NCBI RefSeq assembly: GCF_963921235.1
Contig: NC_086108.1
Coordinates: forward strand, 36,024,001 to 36,088,000
DNA from: Mobula hypostoma
Lineage: Eukaryota
Direction: 5' to 3'
Length of the DNA: 64,000 nt
Part shown: positions 38,400 to 52,369 of the stretch, in pieces
How the letters are laid out: the number at the start of each line of letters is the position of its first letter
How positions within the stretch are numbered: the stretch's first letter is position 1
Notes under the pieces: generated by a model
What the model was told of the DNA's origin: nothing
The model's database searches: none
What the model saw: the letters and a program-made list of their open reading frames with translations, nothing else
Made by a program: the position numbers and the translations under genes

Positions 38400-38921
38400 T
38401 ACCTTTTAGTAATTTTTTGCTACTTACATTTTATATATTAATAATGACTTGAATGCTTAAAAGATTATTTCAGAAGTTGTGTAAAGAACATATCTTAGTT
38501 ACCAACAATAACCCTTTCCTAAAGTTAAATTGTTAAATGTTAGTTTATGTAGCAATTTCCACTATTTTTGAGATGAAATTCTACTATTTTAATTGTTCAT
38601 GTCTTATTTTTACTAACTCAACTCAACATGGCCTCTACTTTTGAGAGTGTGCTGCGTGCCAAAAACTGGATGAAGAATTCTGTTTTTGCAGCAATCCTTG
38701 CAATCATGGCACATGTTGTTTCTCTTATTTCCATATGAAATTTCTGAGTTACCATTTTTAAACTTTAAATCCAGGACAGTGTTTTTCTCCCACTAATAAA
38801 TTGTATCTTCTGATTTCATTAATATCCTTGTTTCAAATATTCCTACTAATGCTACCTCAAGAAAATTGTAATAAAAGTAAACTGATATAACATTGCAGAT
38901 TATTTTGACCACTTCCAATAG

Positions 38922-39068
38922 GTTCCGTTTGGTTCCACTGACTGCGCACTTCCCATGTTATGGGCTATTAAGACACAAACAGTTGCAGATGTGTTCATTA
39001 TCTTTACTGATAATGAAACCTATTACAGAAACATTCATCCTGTAGAAGCTTTGAGAGAATACAGAAAG
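38922..39068 (+). CDS. RO60: RO60 coding exon, 147 bp
   Basis: Acceptor caatag|GTT and donor AAG|gtgaga. Encodes [49 protein letters not shown], containing the MIDAS Thr and Asp. Confidence 0.95.
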
Positions 39069-40649
39069 GTGAGAGAAAATTCAAAATAATATGTCTTTGT
39101 ACAACGATGTTAAAGTTAGATCGAGGAAAATGTTACTTAAGTATTTTTTACTAAGCCCATCACCCCTACTGAGGCTTGGGCCATTCATTGACAGTAGCTC
39201 GCCAGAGTCCTCTGTCCTGGGCCAGTCTTTCAAGTTGCCTCTCGGTGTAGCCCACCTTATGTCTTCTTGACAAAGATCTTTCTCTCTCAGGTATGAGGTC
39301 TTTGGGGTTTCTATTGGTTTTGCTGCAGCCCTGAGTTTTTACAGGATGGGGTTGCTAGCCTCATACTCAACCCTTCTTTTGCAGCTGGACTTGGAACCAT
39401 CCATGGTGGAGTTGAGGAAAAATTTTAGAAGTCCGAAACACTTGTAGCCTACGTTATTATTATATGTCTAAATTCTTCCTTGCAGAATTTCAAAGGTCCC
39501 TGCTTCTTAGCTTGAACTTTGTTTGACTGGTCAGAATTTGTGCTTATCAATCATCAAATAGCAACTCTCTTAGGCAGTAGGACAAAATTGGAGTTTGCTT
39601 CCGTGTTATAATTTTCAAACATAGATTAGCTAGAAACATTGTTTATTAAGCTCAATATGACCAAAGGCCTTTAGAGAAGGAATCTTTGGAGCTCAGTATC
39701 TGGGTAAACTACAATGGTAGAGGAGATGGTGATGTATAATCATTGTACAATAAAATGTTTTTCAGTTTTCAAAAAAATATATGTGGCTTCATCCAAATTG
39801 CAGTATTTATTATCAAGCCCATGTCATAGCATCCAGAGTTTTCAACCAACTCCTCTTTGATGGTCTCTGATTTCCCTTTAGCTACATCCATTATTTTTGA
39901 CTTCGTATTTAACTACTATCAGAATCTCTGCCCCTCCTCTTATGCACCTTCAAGTCGTGCTGTCTGCCCACCAATTTCTGGACTGGATTGCTCCTCCAAA
40001 ATACCCACAAATGAAGCCATTTCCATGGATTGGAACAGTGAATGGTACTGAATCAAGTGTTTTGTATTTGGGGGCTGGAATGGGGGAGGAAGGTTGCTAA
40101 GGTAAAACATTACAGTGCTACCTGTCCTGCACTTCTGTCTTAAATACAGTCAGCTACCAACTGTTCACAACCCTCTTGCATACAGTGTTCCAAAACTTCA
40201 GTGACAAAGCTCTGACGAACCCTTCAATGATAGCTGTCCTTAGACAAAGCGTAATGGACATTCTGAAAGCTGCATTGTCCACCATGTACGGACAACCTTG
40301 AAGTCCACTATATTTAGCATTTGTGAAAAAGTTCTTGCTCTCTGTATCAAAGAGAAACTGTAGTAGTTGGTGACAAAGACTTTGAGTTTAAGGAGCTAAT
40401 CAGTAACAAATGCAGGACATTCCTGGAGTACTTCCTGCCTTTGGGAAAATAAAGTTGTTGGAATACTTATTACTTCAAAAGCATTAGGCAATAAATGGTC
40501 TGAAGCATCAAGTTTTGCAAGTTTCTGAAAAGACATTTGTGAAAACATCTATGTGCCCAATTGTAGTTGTATTTGTCTTGTGATTAAGAAATAATAAATC
40601 TTAATAAAATAATAATTCTTGCAGCAATACTTTATGCTTGTTTGAAATA

Positions 40650-41957
40650 CAGTGGATTCCAGTTAATTAGGACACTTTGGGACCAATACATTTGGCCCAA
40701 TTAAGCAGCTGCTCCAATTAGCCGAAGTTTCATGGAAATAGTTAAAAAAGACAAACTACTGTTTAACTGAGTACCAGTATATGTATTTAAAAAAATACAG
40801 AACAAATTAGAACATTACCAATACTACTGTATTATACACAGTTTTATTAGTTCCTAGTAGTTATCGATGGAGAAGTTCATCCACTGTATGCTGCCATGTT
40901 CTTTTGATTCGGCGGAGGCACCTAGTGCAGAAAACGGCATGCCTTTATACAATGATTATTTTTGACAATTGTATTCTCCAAATCTTCCTTTTCATGGTAA
41001 CATTCAAGATGATTGTCAATACCTTAATTCGTTATAGTTTTTAACTTGTTGAAGTAGTGAAATTGTTTCATTTTCACTCAATATACACAAAATGCTGGAG
41101 GAAATCAGCAGGCCAGGCAGCATCTATGGAAAAGAGTACAGTCAATGTTTGGGACTGAGACCCTTCAGCAGGACTGGGGATAAAAAGATGGGTAAATTTA
41201 GAAGGTAGAGTGAGGGGAGGGAGAAACACAAGGTGATAGGCGAAACTGGAAGCGGGAGGGGTGAAGTAAAGAACTGGGAAGTTGATTGGTGAAAGATACA
41301 GGGCTGGAGAAGGGGGAGTCTAATAGAGGACAGAAGACCATGGAAGAAAGAAAAGGAATGACAAGTACCAGAGGGAGGTGATGGGCAAGCAAGGAGATCG
41401 AAGGTATGTTTCCAGGAAGGATGCATGGCTATGGTAGCGAGTCTAGGTAGGCATGTGGTCAGAAAGTCAGAGGGCTGCAGAGACCACAGAGGGGGAGCAG
41501 AGAGAGAGAGAGTTTCACTGAACTCCTGTCGAAGGGAAGAGTTAAACTTCTTCAGGGTAGGCATCCCTGGAAGAGACTTTGCAGTGTAATAATCCAATTG
41601 CAAACAAGAAAAAATGTGCAGGTGCTGATAATTCAAGCACTCCTGGATGTTTCTGGTATCTCCAAGCCTCAGTGTTTGAAACTGCAGTGAGCAAAACAAT
41701 TCTGAATTGTTTTACTGCTTATTTCTCACTATCAGTGATAAAAATCACAAACACACGCAACTGATGTTATTTAAAAGCTGTTCACTCCAAGTACTGTGTA
41801 ATGTCTAATGGCTAATTAAAATCTGTTCGTCAAAATCTCCTGTGCCAAATAATGAAGGGAATCCTGACTATTTTCTTAATTAGTTTTTGTTTTTTGAGTT
41901 GTCTCAGATAGATGGCTGCCCTGTTTATCTGATGGCCCAATTAACCAGAATCCACTG
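40650..41957. mobile_element. Tigger/pogo-like MITE with TA TSD, containing a Penelope-derived insert (about 41081-41400)
   Basis: TA|CAGTGGATTCCAGTTAATT ... AATTAACCAGAATCCACTG|TA terminal inverted repeats. Confidence 0.85.
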
Positions 41958-42064
41958 TATTTCCCAAACTGTTCTACAGTATAGAGAATGAATAGCTAAT
42001 CTTTAATCTATATGAATCGTCTTCAACTTCCAGAAATCTGTTGATCAACTTTCTTTTGTTGCAG

Positions 42065-42217
42065 AAAATGGGCATTCCAGCCAAATTGGTGGTTTGTGGA
42101 CTGGGTTCTAACGGTTTCGCCATTGCTGACCCAGATGACAGAGGCATGATGGATGTCTGTGGTTTTGACACTGGGGCTCTGGACGTCATTCGTAACTTTG
42201 CATTAGATTTGATTTAA
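42065..42217 (+). CDS. RO60: RO60 terminal coding exon, 153 bp including TAA
   Basis: Acceptor ttgttgcag|AAA. Encodes [50 protein letters not shown]. Confidence 0.96.
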   Translation, partial: KMGIPAKLVVCGLGSNGFAIADPDDRGMMDVCGFDTGALDVIRNFALDLI

Positions 42218-44619
42218 ATTTTGGAAGGAAGTACCACTAAATTGTTTAGTTCACAGAGTATTTATGCATCAGGTTTCTAGGATGGCTGAACAGCGGACTC
42301 ACATTTTGGGTTGCTAGTTTCTTAGTTGCGTGCCTGTTAGAGTTAACAGGAAATTGTAAACGGAATATGTAATTGAACTTTAAGCCTGTTCTGCCACAGC
42401 AAATTATTTTAACTATGGAGTTCTTTTGACTTCCTGCTGTCAAGGTATTTGTAATGTTAACTAGAGACATCCTAGTGAAGTTAGGGTATAATCAAAGTTG
42501 TGCTCTACATTTTGTTTGGTGAGTTTACAAGAAGAATGCTGTTTAATTGTATTTCTCTGTTGTGAACAGGCTGGCGAGAGTTAATGTTTCTGCAGTGTTG
42601 GATTAAGTATTTGAGGGGTATCAGGTTTGAGGAATATTCTGAAAAATCTTTTGAGCATATTGCGCTTTTTCTAATTTCGATAACATTTATCTGAAAAAGA
42701 ATAATGTGGACATGAAAGTAAAAGTGGGAACAAAGCAAACCTGAGTTTATTATGGGTGGATTGTGCTGAATAAAGTTGAATTCAAAAGATGGATTTGTGA
42801 TGTACCAGTACTTTTGGAAGTTTCTAATTTTTCAGCTGTCAGAAGAACGAAAGTTGTTTTTAAGTACAACATGTGTAGCATATTCCACAAAAGTAGATTC
42901 CAATTATCATTCACCAACAATTATTGTAGGTGTTAATTTTTATAGATCCTGTCACAGAGCAATGTAGAAAAGGTCATGCTGGAGATGTGTTGAAGATCAA
43001 TGTAACTCATTGATATTGGGCTAATGATTAAATCTATTTTGCAGCAGTTATAGCTGTGTTGAAAGTAACAATTGTTAACATAAATTGCAGATGGTTAACC
43101 TAATCAGTTTGAGTGCAGTGTCAATACCACATGCATTACAATGCTGTATATCAGACAAACCATTGGTGATGAAGATCTCTTTGCTAATCTGATCTTACCT
43201 TTCTGATTCTGAAGATCTTTTATAGTTCAGTCTCTTACCGAGCTTTGCATTTAAAAAAAAACTGCAATCTTTCTGAAAATGTCATTTCAATAGAATATAC
43301 AAGCCATCTCTATGAAGAATCTTCAAGAAAGATTCTTGGTTGAGAGTAATTCATTTTCTGTCAGGAAAATTTATCTTACTGGTTTAAGATGGTGTAGATA
43401 GTATGTGTTTTCTGTCTGTAATTGGGAATTCCAGACAAAGCCTTTTATTAAGGATTGCAGTGTTAAGTATGTAGATCAGAAGTAAGGAGTGTGTAGAATA
43501 GGTTACAGGAAAATAAGTGATAGAATGGTATTGATGTGATTGTGCCGACAGTTAGAATAGACTTTATGAGCCAAATGGTCTTCACTATATTCTGAGGATA
43601 TTTGAAACTCTTTGGAAATTCTAACACTTCATGTAATGAAAATTGGCCTAGAAAGATTTTAAAATATTTTAACTAGGGTAAGCTTTAGAAAAGTTTATTT
43701 CACCAAAACAGGATGAAAGTCTGGATGAAAACATAATTAGTTTTTTTTAGATTCTTGTTCAAGTATAGCTCTGTTCTTTTAGCTTATCTTCCCTTATAAA
43801 GTTCTTTCCTTTTGTTTAAGATCCCTGATTTCCCCCACCTATATCTTACTCAGGTGATCATAACTCATATTGGAGCAATATTTCTAGGCAAATCGTTAGA
43901 ACAGAAGTAGAACAAGCAAGGTAGCCCTGATCTGAATTTAACTGTGCTGGTTTTGTTCTTCCAGAAGATGTGAGAGTCTACAATAGTTTTTATGAGTTGG
44001 AAGATACTAACTGTAATCTATTCAAGAAAGTGGGGAATATGCAAAAATAGGGTAACTGGGCTGGATAGCTTTGCATCCATTTAGGAAAGATGTTGGAATC
44101 TCTTATCAGGGATATGACAGTGCAAATGGAAAATAAATGTTTTAATGAAAATGAAGGTTAAAAATATAATTTACTGTGTATTTTTGAGATGCAAGGAAAC
44201 ATATGATATACAGAATATAGATTTTCAAAAAACATTAATTCAAATGCCACACAAGATTTTGTTTCACAAGATTATTGTATTATTATGATTTGTAGGTTGG
44301 TTAATGGATGGGAAATGGGGTAGAATGAATGGATCATTTTTACAAATGCAGTGTGTAACTATTTTGGTTCCACTAAGTTCTACTTAATACAGCAATGGTA
44401 TATAGTGTAGAAAAATGATTAGGTGAAAAGTGAAGTATAATCTCTTAAATTAGCATAAAAGTAAGGAGGTTTGGTAAAGAGCTTTTTCAAAGTTTTTTTT
44501 CTTATTTGAAAGCTTGTTTTTGTAGTTGCAGCAGTCAGAGAAGTAGAGGGAAGGAGTCTTTTTCTAAGTTGTTTGTGACTGGCTAAGTGTGTGGCAACTC
44601 AGCCAATAAAAGGAAGCTC

Positions 44620-47600
44620 AGGTAAAGTAGAGCGGTCATTTTGGGGTGGCCATTGGGAGAATGGGACAGTGTAAGAGTGGGAAACTGAGTTCTTCGCTCA
44701 AGGCTTTTGGCAAAGGGGCACAGGTGAGTAGCCGAGAAGAACAGACAAGGCTTTTATTTTCCTGTTGATCTAAGTCCTTTGACTTACTGAAGACAAAATG
44801 GTAGTTGGGGCGGTGGAGCATTCCTTCTGCAAGATGTGTGAAGTCAGAGAACTTCATGGTCTCCCTGATGACTATATCTCTGGGAAGAACATCAAGGTGT
44901 GGCTTCTAACAGATCGGGTCGAGGAACTGGAGGTGCAGGTGTATGTACAGATTCTGCTGCCCCATTCCTCTCAGTCATAGGTACTGTTGGTGGAGAGGGA
45001 TGGTGGGGTATGACCTTTCAGAAGCTAGCACCAGCAGCTAGGTTATTGGCACCATGACTGGCTCTGAGGCAACAGAGGTAAGGATGAAATCAGATAGAGT
45101 GATTACTGATAGGGAACTCAATAGTAAGGGGTATAGACAGGCTTTTCTGTGACTCCAGTTGAAACTCGAGGATGATGTGTTGTCTTCCTGGTGTGGAGTC
45201 AAGGATGTCTTGCAGATACAGAACATCCTGAGAGGGGAGGTTGAGCAGCCAGGAGTCATGGTACTTTAGGCACTAATGATAGACACAAGAGATTCTGCAG
45301 ATCATAAACACAAGGTTCTACAGATGCTGGAAATCCAGAAAACACACAGAAAACTTCTGGAGGAACTCAACAGGTCAGGCAGCATCTATCGAAATGAATG
45401 GACAGTTGACGTTTCAGACCTATACCTTTCATCGGGACTGGAAAAGAAGGGGGTAGATGCCAGTATAAAAAGGTGGGGACAGAGGAAGGAGGACAAGCTA
45501 GAAAGTGATAGGAGAACCCAGGTGTTGGGGCGGGGGGGGGTGGGGATGAAGTAAGAAGCTGGGGAGGTGTTGGATGGAAAAGGCAAGGGATTGTAAAAGA
45601 CAGAATCTGATAAGAGAGTGGTCCATGAGAGAAATGGGAGGAGTGGCACCAGGGGAAAATAAAAGGTGAAAAGTAGTAAGAGGTTGTTGAATGGAAGAGG
45701 AAGGAAGGATTACCAGAAGGAGAAATTGACGTTCATGCTGAAGGCTACCTAGATGAAATATGAAATATTGCTCCTTCCTCTGAGAGTGGCCTCATTGTGG
45801 CAGATATAGGCAGGAAGAGGGATGAGATGCTGCAACAGGAATTTAAGGCACTAGGAGAGTTCATCCACATTGACAATTTGGGTGGAGTTTAGAAATAAGA
45901 AAAGTACAGTTACACTGATGGGATTGTACTATAGCCCCCACCCTCCATAGCCACTGAGAGGCAGAAGAATAGATAGATATGTAGACAAATGATGGAAAGG
46001 TGCAGGAGCAATAAGATTGTCATAGTGAGAGCTTTAACCTCCATACAATTGATTGCAATTTCCAGTGGGATTTCTTCAGTGCATCCAAAAAGGTCTTGAA
46101 ATAGTATTTGGAGAGTTGAACTAGAAGAGAAAACATACTGGAAGTGGTTTAGGGAAATGAGACAGACCAGTGCAGACCTCATAAAAGGTGAACATTTTGG
46201 GAATAGTGACAACAACTCATTATGTTTTAAAATAGTTATGAATAAGGACAAAATTGGATCTTGTGGGGAGGGCAAACTCTGACCAGATAGGACTGGAGCT
46301 GAGGAGTGTTGATTGGGGACAGCTGTTGTTGGACAATCCATGTCTGACATAGGAGTTGTTAAAAGACCAGCGGATTAGAGTTCAGAATTGGTATCATCTG
46401 GTAAGGAGTAAGGACAAGGATGGTAAGGTAAGGGAACCATGGATGAACCAACAGGTCCTAAATTAGTTGGGGAAAAAATGGAAGCATGTGTAAAATTAGA
46501 AAGCTAAAATCATACTGAGCCCTTGCAGAAGATAAAGTTAGCAGGTAAGTACTGCTGAAATAGATGATTTGGAAGACCAAAAGAGGCCATGAGCTATTCT
46601 TCGTGAGCTGGATCAAGGAGAAGCCCAAGGGATTTCGTACCTATATTAAGAAAAAGATGAAGAATAAGGAGGAAGTTTGTGCTTGGAATTAGAAGTGGCT
46701 GAGGTTTAAATGTGTTGGTATTTACCAAGGAGAATTTGGAGATAGTACAAGCAGAGTGGGACATGCTGATGTGCTACAACATTTTTGAGATCGAGGAGGT
46801 AGTGCTGGGTATTTTGAAAAGCTCTAAGGATGCCTAGTAGCCTATTTGAATATTGAAAGAAGCAAAGGCGGAGATTGCTGGAGCTTTGACAAGGATCTTC
46901 GTGGCCTGCCAACAACAGGCAAAGTCCTGGAGGATGAGAGTAGCAAATGCTGGGGTCTTTGTTCAAGAAAGGAAGTAGGGATAATCCAGATATTTATAGG
47001 TTAGTGAACTCATGTAAATGGTAGAGAAACTATTGGAAAGGATACTGTGGGTTAGGATTTGTGCACATTTGGAAGAGCATGACCTGCTTAAGGACAGCCA
47101 ACATGACTTTGTGCATGGTTGTCATGTCTTGCAAACTTGATTGGGTTTTTTGAGGAGTTGACAAAGAAGCCTACTGAGGGTAAGGCAGTTGGCATTATCA
47201 ACATGGACTTTATTTAGGCATTTGATGAGGTTCCTCGCGGTAGACTCAGAAGATAAAGGTGCATAGGTTCCAAGTTGAATTACAAATTTGGATTGAGAAT
47301 GGGCTTGCCCCTTGAAACCATATTAGGACTGGAATACTGTTATGGCTGGAGGTCCATGATGAGTGGTGTACCATAAGGATAGATATTGGGACATCTGATG
47401 TTTGTAATTATGTATCAATCATAGAGATGAAAATGTACTTGGGTGGATGAGCAAGTTTGTAAATGACACCAAGATGAGTGGAGTTGTAGACAGCGTACAG
47501 GACTATAAAGAATACAGAAGGATATAGATCAGTTACAGGCATGGACAATGAAATGGCAGGAGGAGCTTAATATGGGAAAGTGTGTGGTCTTGCACACATG

Positions 47601-48295
47601 GAGATCAAATGAAAAGAGAAAGTAGACTCCTTAATTGCACTGAGGTACAGGGGATCTTTGGGTCCATTTCCATGGTTCACTGAAAGTGGCTGCTCAAATG
47701 GGTAAGGTGATTTTTTTTAAAGAAAGGCATGTGGGGTGCTTGCTTTTATTGGTGGGTTATTGAGCATAAGAGTGAGGAAGTCATACTGCTGCAATATAAA
47801 ACTTTAGTCAGGCTGCAGTGGGATTATTGAATGCAGTTCTGGTCACCCTATTATAAGAAGAATGAGGAGATAGTATAGAAGAGGTTTTCTGGATGTTTCC
47901 TGAATTAGACAGCGTACGCTGTAAGGAAAGGTTGGACAGACTAGTGTTTTTCTCCTTAGAATATCAGAGGCTGAGGGGAGATGATAGAGATTTAAAAATT
48001 ATGAGAGGAAATGTCAAATACTACAGAACATGCTTTAAGGTTAGTGGGGGAAGTTTAAAGGTGATGTGAGGGGCAAGCTTTTTACTCAGAGTGGATGGTG
48101 CCTGGAATAGGTTCCAGGAATACAGGTAAAATCAGGTAATTTGGTGAAGTTTCAGAAGCTGTTGGATAGACACATGAATATCAAAGGAAAAGAAGGATAT
48201 GGACGATACTTAGGAGGAGGACACTTAGTATAAATTTTCATCTAGATTGGCACAACAATGTGCACTGAATGGCCTGTCAGTGCTGTACTTTTCTA
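44620..48295 (+). mobile_element. Long, heavily decayed CR1 LINE (ORF1 and ORF2 remnants) with a Penelope-derived insert at about 45276-45800
   Basis: ORF1-like MVVGAVEHSFCKMCEVRE...PDDYI...LLTDRVEELE and esterase-like MMCCLPG. ORF2 remnants (EHFGNSDNNS; SKFVNDTK) and a CR1-type 3' tail. Confidence 0.8.
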
Positions 48296-51200
48296 TGTAC
48301 AATTGTAAAGGAGACCATAAATAGTGAATATTAAATGTTAATGGTCTTTAACAAAGGAAATGAGCTGCTGCAACAGTTCACTAGATTGATTCCTGGAATA
48401 AGTATTTTAGGTAGTTTGGGATTCTAGCCCAAAGATTCTTGGGATATCTAAAATTGCTGAGATAGTTTCCCTAATTGGAGAGTGCAGAATCAGAGGACAT
48501 AGTCTCAGGAAGGTCAACTGTTGAGTACTGATACAGATTTCATTTGGAACAGGGAATCTCTGGAATCCTCCAGATGTATAGTGAGTGAGATAAATAAATT
48601 TTAGATAGTAAAAGAATGAAAAGATAATAGAACAGAGTGGGAAAAGTGTAAATGAGAAGAAGCTCATCCACAATCTTGAGTGATAAAACAAGTCTGGAAA
48701 TGTTGTACAGTCTATTATTGATTCTACTTTTTTTTATATTTTTATAGTTTTTGCCATTAATTGCATTGCATTTGTTTGAAGGTCAACAATTAGGAAGATA
48801 ACATAAAAGATTTTTCATGCAAGTTGAAGGCAAATGTCTAAACTCGTGATTTTTAGATTACCTGAAAATTTAACTTGGGCATGAATCTGTACTTTGTCAG
48901 TTCCAGATGTAGCAATCTAACAAAGGTGAACTTGATGAATTAACATTTTTGGTTTATCAGAATTAACCTGGTCCTGAAGACTGGCACTTAATTTGATGAA
49001 GTCCTACAGTGGCTTATAGTTTTGGAGAATAACAATAACTATTGCTGTGGTTTTATTTCCAAACTGAAGGATGTTAATTAATAACAAATGGGAATACAGC
49101 AGCAGACAGGGCCATCATTAACAATATGAAAAATATGCCTGTGATTGATTGCATTAATTTTTGTAGGTTTTGGAAGTCATTGGCTGTTGTTGACTCCAAT
49201 GTAAAAGTATATGTCGGTGTATAATACATTCCATAGAAACTCTCAGGTATTTTATGTTTTGAAGTTCTTGATTTTTGGTCAGGATGTTTGCATTATCAAC
49301 CAAATTAAGGCATTGGCATTTGTGAATTTAGCTGCTTTCTGGAGAACTTGGGTAACATTATAACCTTTGTTGGAATCTTGATATAAATTCAATTTATTTG
49401 CACCTTTAACATAGTAAAGTCCAATGATGCTTTAATAGATACTACATACTTTATTGGAATTGGAAATATTGAGGTTCTGGCAAAAGTTGGTCTTGAACTC
49501 CTACTACAATTAAATTTTCAACAATACCATTCATTGTTTTTCTCCCTCCACTCTGTTTTAATGGCTGAAGCTAACTTTGTAGCAGTCTGTAATCTATTGT
49601 ATTTGTACAGGTACACAGTATTCTTTTTTAAATTTTTTTTCTCTTTGTACTTCATAATTATTTGTTTTCATATACAACAGATTTTATATTGACATTCTAA
49701 GCTCACCTGCTTTGGTCTATCTACCTTGCATTTGTTTGCATGTATCCTTGAGTGCCAATTAAAGTTGTAGCTTTGTACTTTTTCCATTCCACGTTTGCCT
49801 ATTGGCTGCCTGATTTCTACTGAACAAAGTTAGTCCACGGAGGAATGAATATGCTTTTAAAATGGCAACTTAAAAGAATTAGATATAAAAAATTCCATCT
49901 GGTACTTTGCCATATTTTAAAACTGATTAAAGAAACAAATAAAATATTAAAATTCTTCAGGTTGCTATGGCCAAACAACACAATGTAATTTTTGCCACTC
50001 TCAGAAGTCAATATCCTGTGCATACAATAAAATGCAAGTTGTTAATTACTCTGCACTAAACTCATCTGTTCTTTTGATATAAATTGTGTTCATTATACTT
50101 TGCATTTTTACATGGTGGTGTCTAGAAAACATAACATTGTGAAACTGTAATATGTTTAATGTCTGCAGGCAAAGTATGACCTTTGTCTTTCTAGCCAACT
50201 TAAATGAAGTCAATGGTACCTAAATATGACCAAACAAATCATTTAAATTATTGTATCAAACAATGCTGGAGGACAGATTTTTTTATATAGATTTTAGAAT
50301 TAATTTTGACACTTTTAAAATCTGTAATGTGAAACTGATTAAAACAGATATTTTTACTGACAAGGTTTTTCACTGAAACTCTGCATAATGAGTTTTAAAA
50401 GCTATTGAAATCATGGTTAACTTATTGTTATTATATGCAAATATGTTTCTCAAACCTTTGACTATGTATCCATCTTTATGTGTCCAATATTAACTAGAAT
50501 ATAATGTTGGCAATCTAAAACTGGTTACTGCTTTCCTACTTTCCAGAGTGGCCCTTTGCATAGGAGTTGAATGTCGCCACTTGAAAAGTGATCAATCGCT
50601 AACATAATGTGTCAAACTAAACATGGTAATGCTGTGCAAAATATGAATGTTACTGTTAACTGCCTTTAAGTTCACTATAATGCATTTAATTGTTTTTATA
50701 TTTAATCCAGTTGAAATAAAGTGCTAAAAAATGGTATAGCAATTAATATCTTTCATAAGGTTGTTTTTCTTCCTCATGAAACACTGCCAGAGCAGTTGCA
50801 TGGACAGTTCACCACATTCTAGAATTTTAGTTTTATAATCAGGTTTTATCATTGACATATGTCGTGAAATTTATTGTTTTGCAGCAGCACTAAATTGAGA
50901 AGTTCATAAAACTAGTCATTTGGATGGATAAAAACTCTTTATAAAGCTCTTGACACTTTATAAAGCACTGGTGAGGCCTCACTTGGGAGTATTGTGAGCA
51001 GTTTTGGGCTGCTTAACTTAGAAAGGATGTGCTGAAACCGGAGAGGGTTTAAAAGGGGATTCACAAAAATGATTCCAGAATTGAATGGCTCTGGGCCACT
51101 CACAGCTAATCACATATTAGTTCATGCTCTGCCTGTCCTGCATGTGTAAACGTTCTTGCTTCCTTGCCAATTTATTCTTTTGTTTCATCCGTAATCTCTG

Positions 51201-52369
51201 GAAAATGGCCTGCAACATCCAGTGAAGGTAGTACATCTAAGATGTCTAGGAAAAGCATACGCATGGATGTGAAACTGTATTCTCATGGTGAGAGCCTTAA
51301 TAACGAAGAGCTTTGAGTATTGGCAGAGCAACACATCCTGAGTGAATCTGAGGACATGAATGAGGAAGCTAGAAACCTCACCCCAAAATCCCTCAGCACT
51401 CAGCACTAGCATCACCAAGATCACAAAAATAATAACCCTGACTGGGAGCAAAGCTACAAGGTAAAGAAAGCTGTTCTTGACATGATTTCCTGCTTAATAA
51501 GAGGAAACTTGTGAAAAGGCAGTCAAATCTCAACGCCTACTTGAAGAAGAAGCCAAAGTTAGAAGAGGGCCCATAGCCTGGTCTGTCCTCCTAAGATGTA
51601 ACCACCACATGCTTCCCTCCACTGCTACTGCTGTGTTGTGTTGCTGTTCCACTGATATACAGGTTAGGCCATTTCCACGAGTTCCTGAAACACATCTTTT
51701 TACGTAATGTTATAATGACCCTGCATAACATTGATTTACTTAGCACTCCACCTCAGAGGAACACATTCTCAGCGTTAAGCAGAGTCTTAGTATGGAGCCT
51801 CTGATACACAGATTTCCATCACAGGCACAACCCTCCCATCGAGGGCATCTTCCAGAGACTGTGTCTCAAGAAGGCGGCATCCATCATTAAATACTCTCAG
51901 CATCTAGAACATGACATTACTACCTTTGGGGAGGAAGTGCAAGACTCTGACGATCTACACTCAATGTTTTAGGAACAGCTTCTGCCCCTTTGCCAGCAGA
52001 TTTCTGAATGGTCTGTGAACCCATCAGCACTACCTCATGATTGGTTTTGTGCAGAATCCCTCTGTTTTATAATATAGTCATTTTTATGTTTTGCACCATA
52101 GTGCTGCAGTAAAACAATACATTTCATGACATATGTTTAGATGCCTTAAGAAGGAGACATCCAACAGTAGAGACTGTCACCATACAGGGCATGCCCTCTT
52201 CTTGTTACTACCATCAGGGAGGGGGTGGAGGAGCCTGGAGACCAACATTAAACAATCGAGAAACAGATTTTTCTCCTCTGCCATTGGATTTTTTAATAGT
52301 TCATGATCCCATGAACACTAACTTTTTATTCATTTTCTTTTGCACTATTTATTTTGTAATTAATAAGCC

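Larger units (their letters stand above)
13118..42217 (+). other. RO60: RO60 (TROVE2, Ro 60 kDa Y RNA-binding protein) gene, 5'-partial; CDS join 13118-13338,14126-14272,20164-20301,20389-20508,37547-37660,38922-39068,42065-42217
   Basis: Seven GT-AG exons with compatible phases splice into one open frame. The translation resembles vertebrate Ro60: C-terminal part of the TROVE domain, vWA domain with MIDAS DVSSS, and the end [29 protein letters not shown]. The first coding exon is not in the window. Confidence 0.97.

Noticed and set aside
51180..51720. Possible pogo/Tigger transposase C-terminal remnant
   Set aside because: Only weak peptide resemblance, with no DDE motif or paired TIRs that I could establish by eye.
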